NCBI GenBank assembly: GCA_965214835.1
Contig: CBDCCK010000002.1
Location: forward strand, 2,112,001 to 2,176,000
From: Nitrosopumilaceae archaeon
Lineage (GTDB): Archaea; Thermoproteota; Nitrososphaeria; Nitrososphaerales; Nitrosopumilaceae
Reading direction: 5' to 3'
DNA length: 64,000 nt
This document shows positions 8,794 through 18,699 of the stretch, piece by piece; position 1 is the first letter of the stretch, and each line of letters opens with the position of its first letter. The notes under the pieces were generated by a model. It was given only the letters and a program-made list of their open reading frames with translations, was not told the origin of the DNA and did no database searches. Both the position numbers and the translations under genes were made by a program.

Positions 8794-10560
8794 CTAGTAG
8801 GATCCCCGGTCTTGGGATACCTTTTTTTGCCCCTTGTACAGCGCGACTATCTCCTGATCAGTCGACGCGTCCTCTGCGGCCTTTTCCAGCCTGACCCTTC
8901 CCGTAAACTTTGGAAACCTCAGAGCCAGCCCGCTGTTTTTTCTAACCGCGCCCTTTGCTGACCTGTGTATCGGGCTCAGGGTAATCTCGGATGCGACAAT
9001 CTCGACTATGAGCTCGGGCTCAAACCACACGTCGGGCTCCATCACGCTTTCGATCCTGGGATTCCTTTTGATTGTGACCCTGCTTGAGAGCAGCTGGTAC
9101 AACTGATCCAGGTCATCATCGGTAAACCCCGTGCCTACCTTACAGATGCTGGGAAACGTGTCTGTCTCGTCGTCGTAGGATGCCAGCAGCAGGGTCCCGT
9201 ACCTGCCGGTCCTCCTTCCCCTTCCAAAGAAGGCCCCTATGACGACGAGATCCAGGCTGTCTCCCAGCTCGTTTCTGTACTCCCTTTTCAGCTTGAGCCA
9301 GTTGTTCCCCCTAGATCCTGCCTGGTACCTTGCATCAAGCAGCTTTAGCATCAGCCCCTCGCATCCTGCATTTATGCTGTTCTCCAAAAACTCCTCTATC
9401 TCGCTCTCGCTTGTCACCACCGTCATTGGAATGTGCCTTGCATAGTCGTCTTTTACGACGATCTTCTCTAGGATCCTCCTTCTTTTGCCATACTCTGACT
9501 CTAGGCAGTCCTTGCCGTTATAGTACAGGACGTCAAAGAAGTTTACTGTAATGGGATACTCTGATACTGCCTTTTCCACCCCGTACTTTCGCCTTCTGTG
9601 CATCAGCTCCTGGAACGGCAGGAACTCCCCGCTGTCCTCGTTGACTGCCACTGCCTCAGCCTCCAGTATCGCATCGTCTGCCTTGACGGCCTTGGGAATC
9701 CTCTCAACTATGTCCGGATAGTAGCTTGTGATGTTCTCCAGGCTCCTGGAGAATAGGACCACCCGCTCACCATCCGTGTGAATCTGCACCCTCTCCCCGT
9801 CCAGCTTGTACTCTGCTGCAAACCTCGCCCCCATCTTCTGGATTGCCTCCCGCTCGCTTTTTACCCTCTCTGCCAGCATCGGTCGGACCGGATGAAACAC
9901 CGCCACCTGGAATTCCTCCAGTCCCCTGGCACCCCCCTCTGCGATTGTCTGGGCAACCCTTCCCAAGTCACTTGAGACGTTGTACGCCCTCTCCAAAATC
10001 CCCCTGTTGGCCTTGTCTCCTGTGTGCGTGACTGCCAGCGCATCCATTACTGTATTCTCTGCCACTCCCAGCCGCAGGGTGCCCAGCAGCAGCTTTAGAA
10101 TAAAGCGTGCCTCGATCGGCGTCGCATCGTTGAGCAGGCTTGAGATGTATTTGATCTTCATGTCCTGGGATCTGGCACCCTCAAGCCCTGCAATTTTTAT
10201 CAAGGTCTCGTACACCCTTTCCACCGTGATGTCCTCTGCCATGAATGTAGTCTGGGTTTTCTGCTCCAGGATGATCGATGATGCAAGTCCCAGATCCCCC
10301 TCTTCCCCATAGGTCTCCTCTATTTTTTTTACGGGTATGCCAGACGACTTTGAGATCGCCCTGATTGCCAGCTTTTCTGCAACCCCCAACTCCACCCCCT
10401 CAAAGTTCGGGCGAAGCTTTCCCTGTATGAGGTAGACGATCTTTGAGATGACCCCCGGCGGCGTCTTTTCAAACAGCTCCACCAGATGCTGCGTCAGCTC
10501 CAGCCTCTTCCTGGTCTTCTCCATCCTTTCAAATGCCTCAGCTAGAACAGAAAACTCCAC
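8794..10560 (-). CDS. lig: ATP-dependent DNA ligase
   Basis: EYKLDGER, EGLMLK, WLKLK, LRFPKF motifs. Confidence 0.97.
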   Translation of the reverse strand: MEFSVLAEAFERMEKTRKRLELTQHLVELFEKTPPGVISKIVYLIQGKLRPNFEGVELGVAEKLAIRAISKSSGIPVKKIEETYGEEGDLGLASSIILEQKTQTTFMAEDITVERVYETLIKIAGLEGARSQDMKIKYISSLLNDATPIEARFILKLLLGTLRLGVAENTVMDALAVTHTGDKANRGILERAYNVSSDLGRVAQTIAEGGARGLEEFQVAVFHPVRPMLAERVKSEREAIQKMGARFAAEYKLDGERVQIHTDGERVVLFSRSLENITSYYPDIVERIPKAVKADDAILEAEAVAVNEDSGEFLPFQELMHRRRKYGVEKAVSEYPITVNFFDVLYYNGKDCLESEYGKRRRILEKIVVKDDYARHIPMTVVTSESEIEEFLENSINAGCEGLMLKLLDARYQAGSRGNNWLKLKREYRNELGDSLDLVVIGAFFGRGRRTGRYGTLLLASYDDETDTFPSICKVGTGFTDDDLDQLYQLLSSRVTIKRNPRIESVMEPDVWFEPELIVEIVASEITLSPIHRSAKGAVRKNSGLALRFPKFTGRVRLEKAAEDASTDQEIVALYKGQKKVSQDRGSY

Positions 10561-10596
10561 CTGATGTCTTGCCCTGCCCTGAATAAAAGTCTGAAT

Positions 10597-11007
10597 CTAG
10601 ATGTACCTGAAGATCGTCCTCTTTTCTGTATTCTTGCCGTCTGCCACCAGCGCAAAGTTGCACAGCGGATACGCCTCCTTGTACTGCTTCATAAAGCTCC
10701 ATGCGACGTCGTGGGTCTTAAACTCCGTCCTTATCCCCTCGATTCTGGACTCCTTTCCATACACGTCAAAGACGACTATGGAGTAGCTCTTTGGCCTGTT
10801 GTGAGGCCTTGCCTTTAAAAGCCACGCCAGTGCAAAGACAAACACTGCCCCTAGCACCACCGACTCTCCTGCATACCTGAAGAAGGCCATCACGACGCCT
10901 GGAATGGTCTCCCCGAACAGGTGTCCTACAGAGTATGAAAACGCGATCACGGCAACCGCTGTCATGATGTATGTCTTGAGATCAAACAGCTGGGAGAACG
11001 GACTCAA
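10597..11007 (-). CDS. hypothetical membrane protein
   Basis: 136-aa ORF with two hydrophobic segments. Confidence 0.65.
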   Translation of the reverse strand: MSPFSQLFDLKTYIMTAVAVIAFSYSVGHLFGETIPGVVMAFFRYAGESVVLGAVFVFALAWLLKARPHNRPKSYSIVVFDVYGKESRIEGIRTEFKTHDVAWSFMKQYKEAYPLCNFALVADGKNTEKRTIFRYI

Positions 11008-11054
11008 TCTGTATTTGGTAGGTTTGCCTTTTCTTTTAACTCTTGTCCAGCTCG

Positions 11055-12191
11055 CTAGTCCGGATCCTCGTAGCTTTCCTTTCTGTCGCCGGCATCCTGT
11101 GCGCCTCCAACCGGCCTCATCTTGGATCTTAGCACATCCATCCTGGCCTTGTACCCCTCGGCGTATTCCAGCTCCGACGGGACAAGCGTGGCCGGGTGGA
11201 TGAATCCCTGGCCCCTGATGGCCAGCGCCTTTTTTGTGGCAACCTCCCTCACATAATCCCAGTCCGGCGTCGAGAATCCGTCAAAGGGCCCCGTAAGCCT
11301 TCCCTCACGCATGCTGAATACCAGCGACTCTACTATCGGGATGCAAAAGTCAATCGTAGCTGCAGAGTTTAACTTTACGGGCATCAGGGGCATGTTGTGG
11401 CTTCCCCTCGTGTTTCCGGCAACATAGTGCGGGTTGTTAAACACACTTCCGGCCTCCTCTGTTGCCGGGAACCTTTTTTGCGTCCTCACTATGCATATGG
11501 GATCGTCTTTTCCCACGTATGTTCCTGCGATGTTGTGTAGCCTGTCTGTTGATGCGGCAACAATCGGCTCGCCGTCCTTTGTCGTAATCGTGTCTACCAC
11601 GTATCTTCCCGGATACATCAGTGCCGCCTCGATCGTCGGCTTGTCCTCCCACAGCGACAGCTCTGCAATCGAGCCCTCCTCCACATCCATGATGTTCATC
11701 CTTACGCCCTCTGCAAGCGACTTGTTTACGATCAGTCCCGTGTTGCTGAGCCCGTCTACAAACAGCCTGTAAAACGGATAGTTGAACGCGCCCGGCTCGG
11801 TCTTGTCTGCTGCAAACACCGTAAACGCCTCATTCGGCCTCTCTTCAAACTCCATCTCTGCAACGCCGGGCCCCATTCCCTTGATGTTTCCAGAGAACGA
11901 GTCCTTTAGCAGATCCTGTCCTGCGCCATAAAGGCCCTCGCTCCTTGCAACCTGGGTTCCTGCCATGAACGCATCCCATGCCAGCTGGTGAATCTCCTGG
12001 CTTTCAACCCCCCTTGTATGGGTCAAGAGGATATGGACGTCGTCCCCGCAGTATCCTATATAGCTGTCAATCCACAAGTCCGGCTTGCCGTTGACGGTCT
12101 TTTTTACGGCCTCAAGCAGTCCGTCACTTGGCCTTGTATGGCCCCCGATTCCTCCCACGTCGGCCTTGATGACTGAAACGGTAATTTTCAT
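11055..12191 (-). CDS. fbp: bifunctional fructose-1,6-bisphosphate aldolase/phosphatase
   Basis: IKADVGGIGGH, GLYGAGQDLL, DKTEPGAFN, YVGKDDP, RGSHNMPL. Confidence 0.96.
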   Translation of the reverse strand: MKITVSVIKADVGGIGGHTRPSDGLLEAVKKTVNGKPDLWIDSYIGYCGDDVHILLTHTRGVESQEIHQLAWDAFMAGTQVARSEGLYGAGQDLLKDSFSGNIKGMGPGVAEMEFEERPNEAFTVFAADKTEPGAFNYPFYRLFVDGLSNTGLIVNKSLAEGVRMNIMDVEEGSIAELSLWEDKPTIEAALMYPGRYVVDTITTKDGEPIVAASTDRLHNIAGTYVGKDDPICIVRTQKRFPATEEAGSVFNNPHYVAGNTRGSHNMPLMPVKLNSAATIDFCIPIVESLVFSMREGRLTGPFDGFSTPDWDYVREVATKKALAIRGQGFIHPATLVPSELEYAEGYKARMDVLRSKMRPVGGAQDAGDRKESYEDPD

Positions 12192-12234
12192 GGAATGGCT
12201 TGCGTCCACCTTGATTTATGTGTAGGCACTCTTT

Positions 12235-13530
12235 CAGCTAAGTGAAAAGTACCCCAGATCCTGCGTCATGGAGGGGGCTTGGGCTCCCTGATATAGATCC
12301 CCATACACTCCTTGAACACCAGCATCGTCATGACGTTTTGCACCCCGGGCCCCTCGCTGAGCAGCGCCCGGATAATTATCCACTCGTTGAACAGTACCAT
12401 CGAATAGTAAAAGCACAGCATCCTGGCAGCCAGATCTGTCGTCCGGGTCTTGGCCCTGCACTCCTCTAGCTTGGCGTATCCTGTCTCGATTCCCCACCTT
12501 GACGAGTACAGCTCGATCCTGATCTTGGGACAGTTCGTTGCAAACCCGATGAGCTTTTTCTCCGGCCTGTCCTCTGCCGCATCCACCGGCTTGTTGCCGT
12601 CCCCGGACTTTTTCCTGTCCGTTATTATCATCGTGTACGTGGTCGAGTCCGTGTTGTTCTCGATTATGTTTCCGGATACCCGGGATCTCTTATCGTCATC
12701 GAACTCGCTGAGTGCTGCGACAACGTTGCCCGTGTTCCTGCACGGCATCAGGAACTTTACTCCCCTCTCCTGCAGCATGGCAATCACCTCGACTGAGAAG
12801 AACTCGCGGTCAAGGAGGAGTAGGCGCACCTTGATTCCTGCCCTTTCAAGCTGGTCAAGGATCAAACCGGCCGATTCAGGCACGGAATCGAGCCTTTTTA
12901 CGTGCAGCGCGCCCAGTGTCAGGCCCAGCCCGTCGTCGACGCACTCGGCAGTGATGTACCTCTCGGCGTATGTCGTCCCGTCCTTTTTCTTCTGGCGCGA
13001 CAGGTTCTCGTCATGACTCCTGTCGTAGCGGGAGATCTTGTGCAGGTCTATTGCTATTGTCAGCCCTCTCTTGGGAATCCTTTTGGCCCTGCCCAGTCTT
13101 TCACACTGCCGTTTTATCTGCGCCTCAAAGGCCTCCTGCGCGGCCTCCGGAGTGGTCGCCTTGATCCTGTAGGCGTGCCATCTGGCAGAGGGCCCGGCTC
13201 CTCCTGTACGCCCCGTGGCGTTGACGCATCCGCCCACCGATGCGTCACTGAGTGCGCCGCGCATCATGCCGCGGTTCAGGTCGTCGATCCCGTATATGGC
13301 GTTGTGTTTCCCGGACATTCTGACGCAGGAGAGCATGTTCCTTCCGCCATCTGCAACATGTTCATATATGCGCGGGTTGTTGTCAAGATCGCGGCACTGT
13401 CTGGATTTTTGTTTTCCCAACGAAAACCACGGGGCCGCACCGTAATTGATCTGTTTGCATTTGCCAGTGTTGTCAAGATGGTCTAAATTCTTTGATTTTC
13501 TGCCTGACTGGGGTACTTTTCACTTAGCTG
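12235..13530 (-). mobile_element. ISH3-family (IS4-like) insertion sequence, apparently intact
   Basis: Perfect 23-bp TIR CAGCTAAGTGAAAAGTACCCCAG; 5-bp TSD TCTTT (12230-34 / 13531-35). Confidence 0.92.
12266..13420 (-). CDS. ISH3/IS4-type DDE transposase
   Basis: AIDLH, LLDREF, YSSRWGIETGY motif; start codon uncertain. Confidence 0.9.
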   Translation of the reverse strand: MGKQKSRQCRDLDNNPRIYEHVADGGRNMLSCVRMSGKHNAIYGIDDLNRGMMRGALSDASVGGCVNATGRTGGAGPSARWHAYRIKATTPEAAQEAFEAQIKRQCERLGRAKRIPKRGLTIAIDLHKISRYDRSHDENLSRQKKKDGTTYAERYITAECVDDGLGLTLGALHVKRLDSVPESAGLILDQLERAGIKVRLLLLDREFFSVEVIAMLQERGVKFLMPCRNTGNVVAALSEFDDDKRSRVSGNIIENNTDSTTYTMIITDRKKSGDGNKPVDAAEDRPEKKLIGFATNCPKIRIELYSSRWGIETGYAKLEECRAKTRTTDLAARMLCFYYSMVLFNEWIIIRALLSEGPGVQNVMTMLVFKECMGIYIREPKPPP

Positions 13531-13715
13531 TCTTTTTGAGTAAGGGTTTGCCCCTAGGCGATACTATCTGCAGATCCCTTGATCACATGGCCCCGTGCCA
13601 TGTCCTCGGGAGGGGCAGACTCGCCTTTCTGACTGATCCGCAAGAATCTCAAAATATTTGGTGGATTTGTCGTAAAAATCAGGGAGGCGAATCAACGGCA
13701 TGCGGGTGTGGCCTA

Positions 13716-14076
13716 GCTTGTTGCATAACCCTGCCTAAAATTTTGAGCTTGGCCAAAAATCACCAAGATGATCAACGGATCCTGACCGAGAGGGTAAAGG
13801 ATCATGGGAGCGGCATACATGGTACTTGGCATATACGGACAATGCGTTATACGTAGAGGGTGCAGACCTGGTCGTCGAGATCGTAATATCGGTCATAGAG
13901 CGCATGTTTGGCTAGGACGTGATGGGCCACAAGTGGTCCAACATGGTGCATGAGATAAAGTTGGGGGTGTGGATGTACAACAAGTGGGTTGTGGAGGCGG
14001 TTGGCCGTGTGGGAACCGCGCACCGGTTATGATCCGGGCGGATCGACTGGGCTCTAGTCGGGGTTGTGCAGCAGAC
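13716..14076 (+). mobile_element. internally deleted IS5-family element
   Basis: Ends GCTTGTTGCATAAC / GTTGTGCAGCAGAC flanked by TA; 5' part homologous to 18253-18380; C-terminal transposase remnant KWSNMVHEIKLGVWMYN. Confidence 0.7.
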
Positions 14077-14121
14077 TAGGAAATCGGAAAGGTAATAAAT
14101 GCCCTCTGATACGAGGTGGAT

Positions 14122-15420
14122 ATGGCAGATAAGGAGCACCTGAACTTAATCGTAACAGGTCATATTGATAATGGAAAGTCCACAACCATGGGACACTTTT
14201 TAATGGATCTCGGCGTTGTTGATGAGAGAACTATTGCAGCCCACGCCGCCGAATCCGAGAAGACCGGAAAGGGCGACACGTTCAAGTACGCCTGGGTCAT
14301 GGATAACATCAAAGATGAGAGGGAAAGGGGCATTACCATCGATCTCGCATTTCAAAAGTTCGAGACACCAAAGTACTTTTTCACGCTGATCGATGCCCCA
14401 GGCCACAGGGACTTTATCAAGAACATGATTACCGGCGCATCTGAGGCAGATGCCGCAGTCTTGGTACTATCTGCAAAGGAGGGCGAGACTGACACGGCAG
14501 TTGCAACGGGCGGGCAGGCAAGAGAGCACGCATTCCTATTAAAGACGCTGGGCGTGAACCAAATCATCGTTGCAATCAACAAGATGGATGACAGCAACTA
14601 TTCCGAGGACGCGTTCAAGGCGGCCAAGGAAAAGGGCGAAAAGCTCATCAAGTCAGTCGGCTACAAGCCTGACAACGTACCGTTCATTCCTGTCTCCGGG
14701 TGGAAGGGCGACAACCTGGTAAAAAGGTCAGAAAACATGTCGTGGTATTCCGGTAAGACACTGCTTGAGGCATTTGATGACTTTGCCGTGGCAGAAAAAC
14801 CGGTTGGAAAGCCGCTGCGCGTCCCAATCCAGGATGTCTACACCATTACCGGCGTGGGTACCGTGCCTGTGGGTAGGGTAGAGACTGGCACGATGAAGCC
14901 CAATGACAAAATCGTCGTAATGCCTTCGGGCGCAGTAGGCGAGATAAAGTCAATAGAGACACACCACACACAGCTGCCGTCTGCCTCGGCAGGCGACAAC
15001 ATCGGCTTTAACCTCCGGGGCATCGAAAAGAAGGACATCAAGAGGGGAGACGTCATGGGGAGTCCCAACGATCCGCCAAGGGTGGCAAAAGAGTTCAAGG
15101 CCCAGATTATCGTCATCCACCATCCGACGGCAATCGCGCCCGGATACACACCGGTAATGCACTGCCACACTGCGCAGGTGGCAGCGACCGTCACGGAGTT
15201 TATCTCAAAGATCAACCCGGCAACCGGCGCAACCGACGAAGAAAGCCCGAAATTCCTCAAGGTCGGAGACTCTGCAATCGTAAAGATCAGGCCGGTAAGA
15301 CCGACTCCTATTGAAACGTTCCAAGACTATCCGGAAATGGGAAGATTCGCACTCAGGGATATGGGTGCCACAATCGCAGCCGGAGTCGTCAAGGAAATCA
15401 CCGAAGAGCACAAGCCATAG
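14122..15420 (+). CDS. tuf: translation elongation factor EF-1alpha
   Basis: GHIDNGKST, DAPGHRDF, NKMD; SD GAGGTG upstream. Confidence 0.98.
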   Translation: MADKEHLNLIVTGHIDNGKSTTMGHFLMDLGVVDERTIAAHAAESEKTGKGDTFKYAWVMDNIKDERERGITIDLAFQKFETPKYFFTLIDAPGHRDFIKNMITGASEADAAVLVLSAKEGETDTAVATGGQAREHAFLLKTLGVNQIIVAINKMDDSNYSEDAFKAAKEKGEKLIKSVGYKPDNVPFIPVSGWKGDNLVKRSENMSWYSGKTLLEAFDDFAVAEKPVGKPLRVPIQDVYTITGVGTVPVGRVETGTMKPNDKIVVMPSGAVGEIKSIETHHTQLPSASAGDNIGFNLRGIEKKDIKRGDVMGSPNDPPRVAKEFKAQIIVIHHPTAIAPGYTPVMHCHTAQVAATVTEFISKINPATGATDEESPKFLKVGDSAIVKIRPVRPTPIETFQDYPEMGRFALRDMGATIAAGVVKEITEEHKP

Positions 15421-15430
15421 GTCGGGTTAG

Positions 15431-15739
15431 TTGACTCAGTCTGCCCGTATCAAACTCTCAAGCACCAGCCTCCCTAGGCTAGACGGGGTATGCGGCGAGA
15501 TTATGGGTATAGGCAAAAAGACCGGCGTCCGGGTAAAGGGGCCGACCCCGCTTCCTGTCAAGAGGCGGCACGTTGCTACAAGAAAATCCCCCTGCGGCAA
15601 CGGCACCGAGACCTACGAAAAGTGGGAGATGAGGATGCATAGGAGAATTATTGACATTAACGCAGATGACAAGGCAATCAGACAGCTGATGAGGCTAAAG
15701 ATACCAGATGACGTCTATATTGAGCTGTCGCTGACATAG
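15431..15739 (+). CDS. rps10: 30S ribosomal protein S10 (uS10)
   Basis: GPTPLP, RKSPCGNGTETYEKWEMRMHRR; directly follows tuf. Confidence 0.96.
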   Translation: MTQSARIKLSSTSLPRLDGVCGEIMGIGKKTGVRVKGPTPLPVKRRHVATRKSPCGNGTETYEKWEMRMHRRIIDINADDKAIRQLMRLKIPDDVYIELSLT

Positions 15740-15749
15740 GGGTTGTAAA

Positions 15750-15953
15750 ATGTCCAAAGACTCCCCTGAAGCTACCGAGGGCCTAGAGGCCGCACAGGCA
15801 GAAATATTTGACGTCGTCTACTCCTGCCTGAGGTGCGGGACAAACGTGTCCAATACAGATCTGAGCAGGCTACCTGAAATCAAGTGCATCTGTGGATTCA
15901 GGGTGTTTACCAAGGTCAGACCCCCTGTTGTAAAGTCCGTCAAGGCAGTGTAG
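15750..15953 (+). CDS. rpoP: RNA polymerase subunit P (Rpo12)
   Basis: YSCLRCG ... IKCICGFRVFTKVRPP zinc ribbon. Confidence 0.85.
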   Translation: MSKDSPEATEGLEAAQAEIFDVVYSCLRCGTNVSNTDLSRLPEIKCICGFRVFTKVRPPVVKSVKAV

Positions 15954-15955
15954 AA

Positions 15956-16153
15956 CTATCTGTCCTTTTTGTAGCTGTGCTCCCTTTGCAGGTGCGCCCT
16001 CATATCCTCCATGCTTGAGAAGTTTTTGGCACACTCCTTGCAGTCATACGGGCTGTCCTTAAAGTGGACCGCTTGCTTGTGATGCATCAGCTCCTCCTGC
16101 CGTGAGAACCCTGACGCGCACAAGCCACACCGGTGTTTTTTGAAGAGGCCCAT
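15956..16153 (-). CDS. double C2H2 zinc-finger protein
   Basis: Two CxxC-12-HxxxxH fingers. Confidence 0.85.
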   Translation of the reverse strand: MGLFKKHRCGLCASGFSRQEELMHHKQAVHFKDSPYDCKECAKNFSSMEDMRAHLQREHSYKKDR

Positions 16154-16156
16154 TCC

Positions 16157-16567
16157 CTATCCGTACTTTGCCTTTTGCTCGTCCCAGCACCTTCTGCAGA
16201 GCTGGCCTTCGATCTTCCACTTTGGCTTGGGGTTGTACCGTATCAGCCCCATCTTGCCGCTGCATATTGTGCAAAAGTTCCTTTTCTCGTTGAATCCTGA
16301 CTCTTTTTTATCAAAACACTCCTTGCAGAGTAGCCCATCCATGTCCCACTGCCACCTTGGCTCCCACATGTCTGAGATCTTCTTGGTGGTGCCGCAGACA
16401 ATACAGGGCTGCCTGACCTTGGCCTCGTAGAACTCGTTTGACTTGTCCATGTGGCAGTCCCCGCAGAGCCTTCCATTGATGTTCCACTCCCGCTTGGGCT
16501 TGTGCTTGTGAGTGAGCTCCTTGCTGCATACTGCGCAATATTCCACCTTTTTGCCAAACAGGCCCAT
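16157..16567 (-). CDS. multi-CxxC zinc-finger protein (three repeats)
   Basis: Three C..C ... P..W...G.LC..C modules; start MGLFGKK. Confidence 0.8.
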   Translation of the reverse strand: MGLFGKKVEYCAVCSKELTHKHKPKREWNINGRLCGDCHMDKSNEFYEAKVRQPCIVCGTTKKISDMWEPRWQWDMDGLLCKECFDKKESGFNEKRNFCTICSGKMGLIRYNPKPKWKIEGQLCRRCWDEQKAKYG

Positions 16568-16629
16568 GATATCACTGGCTGGTATTTGATTAAAAATGAT
16601 TCGAGGCAAAAACGGGCGGGATTTGGCGA

Positions 16630-16755
16630 CTAGGATTCGTCAAGAATCTTCTCGATTGCCTGGCTTGCGTTTAGCATGCCGTGCTCCCTTGCAAATTCCT
16701 CGATGATCCTGTACTGCTCGGTTGTAAAGCAGATCGGCATTGAGCGCTTGTCCAT
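16630..16755 (-). CDS. small ribbon-helix-helix (CopG-like) protein, 41 aa, below ORF-track cutoff
   Basis: MDKRSMPICFTTEQYRIIEEFAREHGMLNASQAIEKILDES; TATA-like TTAAATA upstream. Confidence 0.6.
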   Translation of the reverse strand: MDKRSMPICFTTEQYRIIEEFAREHGMLNASQAIEKILDES

Positions 16756-16808
16756 GATGGTAGCAGGGGCTGTTATTTAATATGCCTTCCGATGCTCGTA
16801 GCCTGTTG

Positions 16809-16950
16809 AACACATGATAAAAACGCCCCCGCCGTAGCCAGGGTGATGGATCAACCCCTCGTTATGCATGTGCTTCGCGCACTACCTGTTGAATGGGGAT
16901 ATCCGAGCTGCTGTGTTCCTGTGCTACGCGCACTGATGGATGAATGCAGC
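16809..16950 (+). ncRNA. predicted IS110 bridge RNA (copy 1); transcript ends unknown
   Basis: Two structurally parallel stem/internal-loop/hairpin units; loop 1 matches the target flanks, loop 2 matches the circle junction. Confidence 0.8.
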
Positions 16951-16995
16951 TTCTGATCTGTCAAACCATATCCGAAAGGAGGTGAAAGAAAAGGA

Positions 16996-18073
16996 TTGAG
17001 AAGCATAGGAATAGACATTGGAAAGAGAAAATGCGCAGTGTGCGTCATCGACGCCAAGGGACACGTGCTAGAGGAGGGCTCGTATAACAACACGTACAAG
17101 GAGGCATCAAAGCTTGCTGCACGACTGAAAAAAGAGTACAAAAAGTGCCAGGCCGCGTGCGAGTCAACGGGCAACATGTGGCTAAAGACGTTCAGGGCGT
17201 TTGAGGATCAGCATATCCCCATACTGCTTGCAAACACCCTCAAGATGAAGATAGTATCAGAGACCAGCGCAAAGACCGACCCGATAGACGCAAGGAAGAT
17301 AGCCGACACGCTCAGGGCCGGAATGATACCACGATGCTACGTGGCATCAGCAGAGCTGAGGGATGTCAGGGAGCTGATGAGGTACAGGATACGGATGGTA
17401 CAGGAGAGGACCGCAGTCATAAACGGGCTGCACAGCTTGGCTTGACAAGTACGACATAGCCATAGATGCATCCACGATGTACTCCAAGAAGGCCATACGG
17501 AAGATCTCCGATACCAGGCTGAACATGCCAAACGATGACAGGATACTGGCAAGCTGCACTAGGAGGATTGCATCAGTTACAGAGGAGATAGACCAAGCAG
17601 GGGAGGACATAGGAAGACAGGCAGGATCGAACGAGGATGCCAAGCTGCTGTTGAGCATGACGGGAATAGACACCTTTGCAGCAATGCTGCTGATAGCAGA
17701 GATCGGCGACATAACCAGATTTCCATCGCCGAACCAGCTTGTGTCCTGGGCCGGCATGTGTCCCCGGGTGTACCAGTCGGGGGATCGCGAGTACTACGGC
17801 CACATGAAAAAGGATGCAAACCGCAGGATCAACTGGCTGATGATCCAGATAGTCAACGTCGCCGTACAGCACGACGACAGGATGAAAGAGTTCTACGAGA
17901 GGGTCCGCAAAAGGAACGGCAACAACCACGTCATAGCGATAACGCATGTTGCAAACAAGATGCTCAGGATAATCTGGCACATGCTGACGACAAAGACTGC
18001 GTATTCATCGCGCAATGCTGTCCTGTACGACAAGAAGATCAAGAGGGTGACAGAACTGGCGGGAACGGCATAG
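16996..18073 (+). pseudogene. IS110 DEDD recombinase, 1-bp frameshift at ~17440
   Basis: GIDIGK, CESTG, KTDPIDA (DEDD); GMCPRVYQSG C-terminal domain; SD GGAGGTG. Confidence 0.92.
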
Positions 18074-18254
18074 GATTACCACCTTCCTCCCCCACCCACC
18101 CACCCAATGATCCGCCCGCACCCTGGCAGGTGCGACAGGACTGGCTCGTGCGTATTGCTAGCGTTAGCTATAAAGCACGGCCCGGCCGACTAGGCACGGA
18201 TCAGAAGACGAAAGGAACGTCGCCATGTTACTGGCGGGCGTTTTACCATGGATG

Positions 18255-18640
18255 CATAACTCTGCCTAAAATTTGAAACTTGACCAAAAATCACCCAAAT
18301 TATCAACGGATCCTGACCGAAAAAGTAATGGAATATGAGGATGCCACGTATGGTACTTGACACACACGGACAATGCCAAGTACGGAGGGGGGTAGGCCTA
18401 GTAGTCAAGTACGATCCAGGCTGGGAGAATGATCTCAAGAATGCCAACTGCCACAAGGAGGGTGCCCCGTTCCTGTACGCAGATGGCATGATAATGGTCG
18501 CGGCGGCCCTCAGAACCGCATTCATGATGCCGTACAGGCAGCTGTCAGGCATGATCAGGGAAATGCTAAGGGGCATGGACTCGTCGTGCTATGCCACGAT
18601 ATTTGGGAGGATGCAAAAGCTTGACGTCGACATTGCATAG
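18255..18640 (+). pseudogene. IS5-family element left end and transposase N-terminal remnant
   Basis: KEGAPFLYADG..PYRQLSG..YATIFGRMQKL; end homologous to 13716. Confidence 0.75.
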
Positions 18641-18699
18641 TCAACACATAAAAAAAACGGATTGTTTTGACAACTATTTTTGATCCAAAGATCTAAGAC

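Larger units (their letters stand above)
16809..18254 (+). mobile_element. IS110-family element copy 1, inserted into an IS5 TIR
   Basis: TG core at both ends (16807-08, 18253-54); sub-terminal IR CATGATAAAAACGCCC / GGGCGTTTTACCATG; flanks rejoin to GCCTGTTGCATAAC. Confidence 0.92.
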
